DNA from: Phoronis australis
Taxonomy: Eukaryota > Animalia > Phoronida
DNA: 64,000 bases
NCBI GenBank assembly: GCA_002633005.1
Contig: NMRA01000404.1
Span: forward strand, 20,384-84,383
Direction: 5' to 3'
Position 1 is the stretch's first letter. Each line of letters opens with the position of its first letter. Made by a program: the position numbers and the translations under genes. This document shows, in pieces, positions 52,931 to 64,000 of this stretch. Under the pieces are notes generated by a model, which was given only the letters and a program-made list of their open reading frames with translations, was not told the origin of the DNA and ran no database searches.

Positions 52931-52944
52931 CTGCTAGCTGGCAG

Positions 52945-53875
52945 GCTAGCTAGCCTAAAGGCTGTCGCGTCAGTGTGACACAGGACTAACCAGCCCTGAA
53001 TTTTATGCAAGTGTCTGAAACTACCTTGTTTGTATGTATACAGCATTTATGATTTGAACCTTTTACTTTGACAAAACAGCTTGCAACCGCATGCCTTTAC
53101 CGTTCGCCAGTGTCTGGTCTCGGTCTGCACCGGGTCCGATTGGCTGCAGACCCGAGTCTGGCAAAATAATTTCTGTCAAAATTTATTCGCCACATTTCGT
53201 CAGCAATTTCGATACAATTTATTAACATTAGGGCGCACTGTTGATTATTTTATCCCCGTTTGCAGGCTGGTAACAGACACTGCTCCAGTTGCACAGAGGG
53301 CGTATATTAAGCCTAGGTTCCTCAGGATGAATTGTACTTCCGGGTTCGCCTTAAGTTCAAAATGGCGGTATGTTCTTCGGGTCCGAATCGTGAGTGGTGG
53401 GTTTATTTAAACTTTATTGGATTACGGATTGTGTATTAGTTATGGGGTAGGTACTACTTGGANCAGTGTCTGGTCTCGGTCTGCACCGGGTCCGATTGGC
53501 TGCGGACCCGAGTCTGGCAAAATAATTTCTGTCAAAATTTATTCGCCACATTTCGTCAGCAATTTCGATACAATTTATTAACATTAGGGCGCGCTGTTGA
53601 TTATTTTATCCCCGTTTGCAGGCTGGTAACAGACACTGCTCCAGTTGCACAGAGGGCGTATATTAAGCCTAGGTTCCTCAGGATGAATTGTACTTCCGGG
53701 TTCGCCTTAAGTTCAAAATGGCGGTATGTTCTTCGGGTCCGAATCGTGAGTGGTGGGTTTATTTAAACTTTATTGGATTACGGATTGTGTATTAGTTATG
53801 GGGTAGGTACTACTTGGATTCTTATAACATCCTCTAACCATGTAATAAAGGTTAACAACGTGTGCTTCTTGGACT
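52945..53875 (-). mobile_element. Inverted relative of the left half of 39666-41496
   Basis: Reverse complement of ~39666-40250; ends GGACT|TTAA. Contains a 355-bp duplication across an N, probably an assembly artefact. Confidence 0.8.
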
Positions 53876-56800
53876 TTAACTGCCTGTAGATATAATGGGT
53901 AAGCAGATATACCTATGTAAAAATACAGAATGCAGTTGTTATGTTTGATGCTCTATTAAGTCCTTTATTACAAAGTGTCGAACTTCGTTCCGAGAATGTG
54001 AACGCAACGAAATAAAAATTTGTAATAATGACAAGTGTCATATATTCAACCAATTTTGCATGCAAAAACAAAAAGAACACAAATGGGATACTTTTAGAAA
54101 CCAATCCACATGGTGGCGCTGCTACCAAGTCAGGAGGTCGTCCATCAGTCAATACCTACAGACGTAGACATTCCTGTGGGATATAAGGTTGTTCTAACAT
54201 TGCTAAAAGATAAAGTAGTATTTTTGTTGCAATTAAAAGAATTTACTGAATGCCTTATGGCATCAACTTTAAAAATCACTTATTCTTTCTAAAAATGACA
54301 TTGGCAAGAAATGGAATTTCCAGCCTCAAAAGGTAGGGCCCCATATTAATATGGATGGCCTTGTCCGAACATGGCCAAAGGGTGATGCCCACTATTTTAA
54401 TGTAGAAGCCCCACCCCGCAGGTTGTTTCTATGAGGTAGGCATTATTTGTGTAAGACCTTTTTGGTTTTGAAAATATATTTCTGTCTTGGGAAGTCCTGA
54501 AGGAAAAATAGAAGTTATGTTATGTTGCGTTGAGACGAGCGATGAAGTGGCAGGCTTGAAACAGTGACTTCCAAGTCAAATTGTATAAAATCTTTCAAAT
54601 CAAATTAGTTTGATACTCATCATGCCAGAAAGGTTCTTTATTAAATTGCCTTGCCTCCTGATGTTCAGTACAGTTTGATTGATTGTTATTCCAGACAACA
54701 AATTAGCAAATCTGTGCTCTTCTATATAAACTATTCTTACTTCCTTATGTGAAAATATTAAAATATTACATTTAAAGGCTTTATCAAATTTCTTTTTTTT
54801 AATGAAAATAATGAGCTGGAAAAATTTTTTACCAATGTGTTTGTTCAATGTAAAATTTCATTCCGGGCAGTGTCTGAGAAAAGAGTCCGCTCGACTTCCA
54901 TTGTTTCGAGCGGACGCTCTTATGCGCATAAATTACGTGCCCACTGACTGCAATAGGCATGTTTTGCTAAAGGCAATGATCTTTATCTAATTATGGTCTT
55001 GCCTATGGATTGCCTGCCATCGCGTATCTTGGATTTCATTAAATTTTCAGTCTGGACATAAACGTAATTAAATTCTTCATAAAAAATAAAGATTTGCCTT
55101 TTTTGAACGCAAAATTTTGACCCAGAATTACATGAAATATCCTTGTGAAAAGCAAACTTGAACAACATTTAACTGGGGATTCCCTTGAAGATTAATGCGC
55201 GGCCTTGTGTTGTGAATGCTTTATAACCTGATTCATAAAAATGAAATTTAGTAGTGTTCATAACATCTTTACCAATCTAATTTTACAGAATTCAGTTTTA
55301 ACTAAGCGTTCTTAAACTTTGTTTCATTGTTACTGTGAGCTTTAGCGAACTATTTTATTGCGCGGACATGCATGGCTGTGCCCTAGGGCTCAGTAACATG
55401 GCATAACAATGTTCAGTCTAGGGGAGAAGGGTTTTTGTTTTGCTGCCGTCAAAAATGTCGAAGAGCAAAGGCGTGGACTAAAACGAACAATAGGCTGCTG
55501 CTTGAATCAGGGAGCTCGGGAGGGTCGTACACAATTATCTTTTGTTGGTTGGTCTGCTGAGTTCGATCAATTGGTGAGTGATGACGAAGTTGGGTCACCG
55601 GCAGTTCCATTCAAAACTATCAACGAGTAGAATTGCAACCGAGGTGAGTCTCATTTTATGTAAGTCCCATGGACCATGAGACAAGAAAATGGGTACAAAT
55701 GTTTGCTGCACAAATTAGCCAGCATTGTCATCCATAGCATTGATTGATACCATGCATGGCTAAACACTGAAGACCTAATACAGGTGGTTATGGTGGTTGT
55801 AAGCCATGGTAATGCAATGGTTTAAGTATTGGTGTTTATGTTAGGTAAATAATGCAATATCATGTTTGTTAAATGGTGATCCTTATTACTTTGTTTGGTG
55901 TGCTTGGTCACAGTCTTTTATCATAGGTTAAAAACTGGGTAGTCGTGGGGTTGTCTTCATCTGAAAGGATGGGATGTTCCTTACTGTTAATGTATTATAG
56001 GGGATCGGTTTTTATTTTTTATTCCCTGTCATGTTTAGTCTTTTAATTAACATTATTGCACTGGATGGTGTTAGATTGAGAATTATGGTAAAACTTTTAG
56101 CGGTTGTCATGCGATTGGTTTGTAAAACATACTTCGTTTTTAGAGGATGACTGATGAGCACACGTTGCTGTTGATGAACAATAGTTTGTAGATTACACTG
56201 TACTGTATTCATTTAAAGTTATCTGTGTACCTACTGTGTGGATTTACGGTCTGGTAAACAGGGATTAGTGGCTATCAATAAATGTGGTTTTGCTGTTTGA
56301 CATCGTAAACTAATGTTTTTACTGTGTCGGTGATGAACTGGTTGTTTTTTGACTACACTTACAGAAGATTCCATGTTTCTCATTTCTTTTTGACTACTGG
56401 TGGACATAGGTTTAGAAGTTTAAGCTTATGCCATGTGTCACGTGATGAATCCTCAGAATTTTTTATTGACGCTCATTTATGATGATGACAGGTAGCTAGC
56501 CTAAACTATTTCCTAAATTTTATCACTTGAACATTTGCTGTATGCACGATCAGCAAGTTTTTTGCATGTACGAAAGACCGTACAAGACAGAGGCTTGAAC
56601 AACCCTGAAATTCAGCTTGTTGCCCATAAATACTGCCATGCAGTTATATACCCTAAACAAACTATCTTTGTCTTTTAATTATGGCTGTACTCTATTGTTC
56701 CTGGTTTGTATTTCTTGATATTCCTTTCCTATTTTATCCAAGTTTGTTTTACTTTATATCTTTTATATTGCAGCAGTATTGTTGCTAGTTAGTGAATAGA

Positions 56801-59147
56801 ATTTATTTGTAGTAAGTTATGGACACAATCTTTTTGAAATCTGGGGAAGACTCAAAGCATTGATTTTCTGATGTATGTATAATCATTACTGGTTTAATTT
56901 ATAAGGCATTGGTTTGAAGTTGTAGGTATTTTATTTTTACTATAAATGTATGGGTGTTACATGGGCGGCACACCATAGGGAACTAGGGGCTATAGCTCCA
57001 CTTTTTTTCAGTGCTGCGCTGCCAATGTGTTAGCTACAATAATCATGACAAAGTAGTAGCGCTATATCAGCATGCGGTTGCGTGGTTGCAGTATAGTTAC
57101 AGATCGTGTTGAAAATTTTGGCGTTTTAACCGTATAATAGCCTGCACGGTAGGCACTTAAGCAGCGCCTGCAAGCCTCTCATTTGCGGTATTCATTTGCT
57201 TAATTTTCGAGGGTCGGTTTCTTTTGCATTGCAACTTTTAAAGTTCACAAATTTTGCTAAGGGTAAGAGATATGTTAATGTATTGAACATTTTGAAGCAG
57301 TACACATGGCCCATTTGTGTTAAGAGTAAAATTACAATGACCAGAATTATCACAATGTCTCTTATCAAGCGGCATGTGGAACGAACGAGTATTTTTAAAT
57401 AATATTGCATTGAAATCCAAACGTTTTTATGACAGAGGTGTTGAAAGTATTTTTAAATAATGTGCTTCTTTCTCAGGACTAAATTGCTAAAATGTTGTAT
57501 CACTGACTAATCATACCACTAGACTTTGAAGGAAACAATGGTATTTTCAAAACTGGCATTACGTGGGCTGGCTTGCAACAGTATGAATGGGCCTTTATTG
57601 AGGGCTCTATATCAATCAAAAATTGTGTTTACATCAGAGCTTCAAAAGACTTTGTCAGATTTTAATGCAAGTGTACGACACTATAGACAAGTTCAAAGAT
57701 TTTTAATATGTTCAAAATTATTGCCACTTGCAATCTCAAATTTATACAAAGTGTACCTGTTTCCCAGGAACTGTAACTTGTAAGCAATGGTTTAAAAATT
57801 GGAAAATTGCGGGAGTCGAAATTAAGTTTTAACAGAATTGGACAATTCAGTGTCTGCAGCTTAAGTGAAAATGTTAGATTGTCAAAATGCTGATGTAATT
57901 TGATATGCTGGCTTTAGTTTGAAAGTAGTTCCCTGCTAATGGAGCAAAGCTCATCATATAGCTATGCATAGCAGGCCCCACTGGCTAATGCACTGTGAAG
58001 TTTCAATTAAATTGGTTCAGCTGATAAGGACTTAATGAGCCCCTAAGAGACTTCTCAGACCAGGCCCGAAATGTGTTAAAGCCTTGTGGCATGATGATCA
58101 GAGGTTAATAACCAACATAGATGCACAATTTTAACTTGGACACTCACGCCAAATGAGATATGGATTTCGCAAGCTATTTTAAGTTGCGAGATCCATACGA
58201 TGGGATTCTACCATTGTTTTCCTTTGTTGCGTCTTTGGTGGATGTAACAATACTTGTTTCATGGATACTGTACCTGGGGGACACACCAGCCGGTTACCCT
58301 TAAATGCTTACCATTATCTTTATTATAAGAAACACAAAGTGTCAGCAATAGGTATACATGCCTATCTGCCCATATCTATGCTAGGAGCTTGAGCCCTTAA
58401 GTTTCCCATGGGCTAACATGTGTTATTGGCTGCATATTTTGGATGTTGATTTTGAGGAGGTCAACAGTATATTAAGCATGTGTCAATATTTCATTTATCT
58501 AGTGTGTACTAAGGACCAAAGTACATCCACATTATTTTTGTATTGATATTACCATGCGAAATTGTCTCCCCTTGATGAATATGAAAACCTCTAATACAGT
58601 CTTTTGGGAAACCGTATCATTTGGAGCAATAATACAAAATGAAATCGGGATTATTTTGAAGCAAGAATGTTGGGAAAATTCTTAAGAGGATCTTGGCAAG
58701 GGCAAAGGTTAACGAATAGGAAGTTAATTTAAGAGTTTGTCATTTGCATTATGAGTTGATACTGCTTTCATGGGTTGTGTGGGGGTCCCTATGAAGTGAT
58801 CAAGGTACTCTGTTGTGTAGGAAGAGGTAAACAGCATGTTGAAGTGTGGGACCATCTGATACTCCCCATAACTTTCCAGTTGTCGTGGTGAAGAAGAAAG
58901 TTTTTTCATTGACATAAAGAACAAAAATTTAAAGACAAGTGCAAGCTATTCTCATTCTTATCACATAAACACGCACAAACGAGCACATACACCCACCCCC
59001 TCAACGTAACCGCCCACTTTAGCTAGGATGTTGTCAGGAAAAAGTTATGGTTAACCAGTTCCTCCAGGTTACATGGTATTCATCTAAATTTATTATTATT
59101 TAATAAAATTCATGATCTTTGAATATAAAATTCTCTTTCTCACGTAG

Positions 59148-60800
59148 AGTCGCACAATGAAAGCTAAGCCGAGCAAATGTAAAACACTTGAATTTCGTGG
59201 AGGTACAACATTCCAATCATATGATCCTCAAATGTCAATACAGAATACAAAAATGCCCTACATCCACCAAGAACCAATGAAATTCCTTGGGAAAGCAATA
59301 TTCAAAAATCTGAAAGACACGGAAATACGGAATAAACTTGAGACAAAATTAATTGCTTTGCTGGAAATTCTAGACAAAGACAGCGCTAATGGTCCAACTA
59401 AAGCATGGATCTACAACAACAGCGTGGTTCCAAGCATTACTTGGGAATTTACAGTGTATGTCTCCCCAGTGGGTTTCGCTAAAAAACTTGGAACATATGT
59501 GTACAAAATATCTGAAACAATAGCTTGGAATCAGTAAAATGTCAACTAACACAGTTCTCTTCAGATCCAAAGAGCATCTTGGTTTAGGCATGACTACCCT
59601 AACAACCCATCTCAAGAAGATGCAAGTAGTCAAGTTTCACATCAACAAATATGCGAACGACCCTGAATCAAGGAAACTTTACATGGGTAAAGTTAAACAA
59701 TTTTCATGTCAAAACGGTTGTATGGCATAAAAGAACTCGAAGAGAGAGAAAGGGATATATTTCTGATTAGAATTTGTAATTCGAGAAGTCATAATGACAG
59801 GAAAGGTTTGGGTTATAACACCAATAATAGAAAATTCATCAAGAATATGACAACTAAAGAGCATAGAGCATCTATAACGAAACGAAACGTATAAAGGAAG
59901 TCGACGAAAATAAAGCACTCTTATATCTGTATAGTTGTGTCAAACAAGGGTTATGGCTCAGATGGGAAATAGTTATGTCACTGATGTATCTTGGAGCAAG
60001 AGTTTCTATGCATGGAATATATCTCTCGGCATTTAGGTTAAATGCCATACACGATGTACTTCCAACACCAGTTTATTTACATTTATGGAAACAATCACCT
60101 CCTGAATGCTGCAACCTCTGCAAAACAGCTAAAGGCACACTTCACCACATCCTCAACAATTGCACAGTAGCTTTAAATAAAGGTCGTTACACTTGGCGAC
60201 ATGACCAAGTCCTAGCAATAATATTTGATGCTATCATTGAAGTAGGTCAAAATCCTAAGCCTAGAACTGAAACAGCAATCGGATTTAAATCAAAGAATGG
60301 TATGTACTTCGACAATAACAGAACAGCTGAAATTCAGGGAACAGGCCCACTTCCTGGCCACGACCAGCGGTTGGAAACTAATTAAAGATTGTGCAGAAAT
60401 GCCTCTTATATTCCCATCTGAAATAACAGATTCCGCATTAAGACTTGACATTGTGTTATGGTCAATTCAGGCAAACAGCGCAATTTTAATAGAACTTACA
60501 GTATCAGCAGAAGACAATATGGAATCAGCACACCTGAGGAAAAGAATGAAATACACAAATCTCGTCGAAAAATGTAAAAATGCAGGATGGCAAACAGTCC
60601 TGTTCCCTAATGAAGTCAGCAGTAGAGGCTTCATCCGCAAATCATTAAAGTAACTTAAAATGAATTTCCTTGAGTTCCCCAAAGAAATCAAAAAACAAAC
60701 ATACCAAACGGCCTCTCAGACAGCTCTCAGATATAGCTATACGATATATTTATCAAGAAACAACAACCAATTTTTGGAATGGCAACTTTGCAACCTTTCT
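59148..60800 (+). mobile_element. 5'-truncated, decayed HERO-clade (RLE-type) non-LTR retrotransposon
   Basis: SRTMKAKPSKC…EPMKFLGK (end of RT); KAWIY…W.FTVY; DRKGLG; KQGLWLRWE..DVSW; AFRLNAIHDVLPTP; CNLC…GTLHHILNNC..ALNKGRYTWRHDQVL (CCHC knuckle plus RHD); LRLDIVLWS…IELTV..EDNMESAHLRKRMKY…FP.EVSSRGF (PD..E..K endonuclease, P>L). Several frameshifts and stops. Confidence 0.88.
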
Positions 60801-60899
60801 AGGCCAGTGATTGAAACCCAGAGAAAAGGTGAAACTATTCACCGTCATGATTCAATAGTTAGTAAGAGCCATATACAATCAGCTACTTCGTCATCCCCG

Positions 60900-61694
60900 A
60901 TATTAAGAAGACAAATCAAGAATCTACAAAAGATAAAAGATTTTGTCTTTGCTATGCTGGAAACACATTTTTTGTGAACTCTATGCTCCAAGCTATCTTC
61001 ATGTAACCTCAACTGGCACAAGTACTAAACAAGAAAAACAATATGAAAACCATCCTTGTGAACACGTATGAAGGAACCAAAAGGTATATATCAACTCAGT
61101 CTGAAATATTGAATAAACTAAGATCACAGAACAAATCTTGGCAACGGAAGTCAACAGGATGCCCATGAGTTTTTACTATGGTTACTGAACCAATGGCACG
61201 TAGAAACACTTGCTTACAACTCTGATAATGTATCGTCTGATGTTACTAGTACCTTCCAACACGTAAAGAAGCAAACTAGGAGTTGTAATAACTGCTCAAC
61301 AACAAAGGAAAAAACAGATAGACTGGGAGTTGACACGCTACCCCCCCCCCCAACACTGGGGAAAACAGTAACTATGCAGGAGTTGTGGCACAGCTTGTGG
61401 ACGTCGTTGAACATCGAAAACTTTAGTTGCCCACACTGTAGCAGTCTTAGTGGCCAGCTCACTTGGTCATTATTAAAACTGCCAAAATACCTTTGTATTT
61501 ACATCTTACGAACCGTCACTAATGGTAAAAAAATCAACACGCAGATTTCTTCGTATGACCTCTCTGGCTATAAAATAATAGCAGTCATTGAACACCATGG
61601 AAGAAACACAACGGGTGGTCATTACACATGCTGTGTTAAATCGTCATCATGGGAGTGGATAAATTTTGACGACTCTACAGTCACAAGTACATGA
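60900..61694 (+). pseudogene. Compact ubiquitin-specific protease (USP/peptidase C19) domain directly after the RLE domain
   Basis: Cys box CLCYAGNTFFVNSMLQAIF (60944-61000); QQDAHEFL (61152); CNNC and CPHC; LPKYLCIYILR; His box YKIIAVIEHHG…GGHY; WINFDD. One stop (61004) and one frameshift (~61143). Confidence 0.88.
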
Positions 61695-62019
61695 CCAAGC
61701 CTCCCCATATGAATTATCTTCTGAAATCCAACAAAGGAAATCAACCTAAAAAGTATGGCGCACTTTCAACATAGACTTAGCACATCACATCTGACTCAAA
61801 CAAGTCAAGATATTTTTGAAATTCATCCTGGTATGGGAATTGGGAATAGTTAGGCCTTTAAGAGATCTTAAACCCAGCTGTAGAGCGTCTAAAGCCCTGC
61901 ACCGTACCAGTGACTGTTGGCAACTCATCAGAGACACACCTGTAATATCCTTTGCCGCAGTGATAATAACTCTTGGGCTGTTTCTAGTGAGTCCATTCAT
62001 TCTTGAATGTTATTAAGGT

Positions 62020-63812
62020 AAAGTAAGAAAATGACAGAAACTGGGATTATTTTTACACTTATATACATATATAAAATATTTGAAAACTTTGTTTACTTAT
62101 AGGCAAGCCAAAAATCATTGTTTTTTGTCAATAATCATATTGATACTTTTTACCCACAACACCCAAATGCGTAATTCTATCAATATTCTCATATTATTGC
62201 ATTCGAAAAGGATGCAACCTACTGTTTCAGTTTGTCTTTGGCAGAAAGTACATACATCAGAGTCCACAAAGTTAATTTTTTTAAGAAAAGAGTTCGTTGC
62301 AAGTATTCTATGTAATAGTTTAAATTCTGTTGTACTTGAAATCGACAGTAGTTTTGAGAGACAAAGTTACAACCTGCTTCTTGAAATCTTTTTTGGGCAA
62401 TCACACTTTTGTTCTGGCAAATAATTTCATATATCATTTTACATATTGACATGCAGTTTAAAAAATTACGCATATTCAAAGGTATCATTGGTCCATATAT
62501 CTTAATTAAATGCAGTTGTAATGGTTTCCTTCTCAGAAACGACCTCATAGACTGAATCAGAGAGCAATATTCTAAAAAATGTGTAGGTATATTAGAGATC
62601 TTTTTAAATTCATTAAATGAGTAAAACCTGTTATTTTCATCAATGTCATTAATAAAAAGCATACCACCACTAACATACTTACTAACGAAGGTAATTTTTC
62701 TGCCTATTAGTATTTCATCGTTATGCCATAAATTCGTTGAGAGTAAATCATTCGCATCTTTATGGGGCTGTTTACTTTTGGAAAAGGACCAGTTGCTGAG
62801 AACTTCATTCCATAAAGGATTAACTTCTTCAGTATGATTTCTAATGTAATCATGCAATCCCCATTTCATGTTCAAATAATTTCACCCATTTTGGATCAAA
62901 GGTAAGTAGTCTTTTTATCCATGAAATTTTTATAGCCTTGTTAAAATTGTATTACTCAATTTCACTCCCTCTTTCTCATCAGTTGTAATTAATACATCTA
63001 TCTTCACTCTCTCAACTTTGTTATTCCAAATTAACTTAAAAAGTTTGTGTTCAATTCATTCATAATGATGTCTGATGGAGTAGGCAGAGCTGTCATTAAG
63101 TGAATAATTTTTGGCATCATCAAGATCTTTACCATTGTAACTGTCCCCAAAAAAATTTTCTTCTGGACCAAATTTTTGTAACATTACTGATTTCATCAAT
63201 CTTCTCATTCTAATTCATTTCAGTCATTTTTTCTAAGTTAACATTGAAATTGATACCTAGCATCTTAAATTCGGTTATGCCCCATTCTAACCTTCATCTT
63301 GCATGATGGAAAAATCTTAACAAAACAAAGTTTTTTACTGCCCATCCAAATAACATTTGTTTTGGAATAATTTTCTCTCAAACCGGACATTTCTGCATAT
63401 TTACTCAAAGCTTCTGCAGCTGAAGCTTCTAAAGTACGCAGGGAACCATCTAAATAGAAGTTATGTCAGCATACTGAGTGAGTAGAATTCATCATTTCCT
63501 ATTTGAATGCCTTTAATTTCCGTATCTTGTTTCGTCATCAAAGCTGATATTTCAGCACAGCACTTCAAATGAACAGAGAAAGAGGATCACCTTGTCTACA
63601 GCCCCTGTGCAGAATAAAACTTCTGGACAGAAAATCACTTTGAACAATGTATGACACTGGACATTCATAAAAAGTTTTAATCCAATGCTTAATTGAAACC
63701 TTGAAATTGATGATGTCCAAAACCTTATTTATGAAGTTCCGTGACCAGCTCTCAAAAGCTTTTTTCAAAATCTATATGTAACAACAGCCCCGGTATACCA
63801 TTTTTTCACACA
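62020..63812 (-). pseudogene. L1/Tx1-type LINE ORF2 fragment (RT to C-terminal knuckle)
   Basis: GIPGLLLHIDFEK(AF), GCRQGDPLS, QYAD, FKMLGINF, LWHNDEILIG…GMLFINDI, DSDVCTFC…ET…LFEC. Many frameshifts. Confidence 0.92.
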
Positions 63813-64000
63813 TATCGGTCAGCAGGTTCAGAACTGCTATAGGGGATCATTATCTCTTATCTGATTTTGTATACCTTACCCTATTGTGCCTGCATTGACT
63901 TTCATAATAAAGGGCTATTGTGGAGATGTTTAAACTGTAGGCTTGGGTAACAATAGGCATTCCTCTGCCTGTTACTAAAGACCAAGCTACACCACAAGGG

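Noticed and set aside
53108-53818. 355-bp tandem duplication (53108-53462 / 53464-53818) giving twin ORFs
   Set aside because: The copies are joined by a single N, I see only two differences between them, and the paralogue at ~39700-40090 is unduplicated. Most likely an allelic overlap or scaffolding artefact.
55400-55650. Possible first exon ending at GAG|GTGAGT (55643)
   Set aside because: A single strong donor site with no identifiable partner exon or coding signal is not enough to call.
61900-61940. Minus-strand CTGATGAG downstream of the USP
   Set aside because: No GAAA core follows, so it is not a hammerhead.
1-64000. Remaining 60-150-aa ORFs in the supplied track
   Set aside because: I recognise no domains in them; their sizes fit chance ORFs, and many use non-ATG starts.

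Overview
AT-rich eukaryotic genomic DNA from a draft assembly (isolated Ns at 3286, 28075-6 and 53463). The transposon spectrum suggests a marine invertebrate (inference). I found no intact protein-coding gene, tRNA, rRNA or CRISPR array; the window is mostly decayed and nested transposable elements. Main contents: (1) a 5'-truncated HERO-type non-LTR retrotransposon (59148-~60800) with RT tail, CCHC knuckle and restriction-like endonuclease, whose reading frame runs into a compact ubiquitin-specific protease (USP, peptidase C19) domain (~60900-61694), the most unusual item here; (2) an internally deleted Kolobok DNA transposon (50096-52035; TTAA TSD, ~160-bp TIRs) retaining a THAP-transposase 5' half and a convergent KolX 5' half; (3) an L1/Tx1 fragment (34470-39548) carrying a 183-bp hammerhead-ribozyme-containing insert with a 12-bp TSD plus a nested stack of MITEs; (4) Helentron-type (HINE/DINE-1-like) elements whose central arrays carry ~25 co-oriented CTCF-like motifs; (5) Penelope-like remnants, a CR1/L2 tail, more Tx1 fragments, Tc2-like, hAT-like and Kolobok-like MITEs, and minisatellites. 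All calls come from reading motifs by eye; no database search was run.
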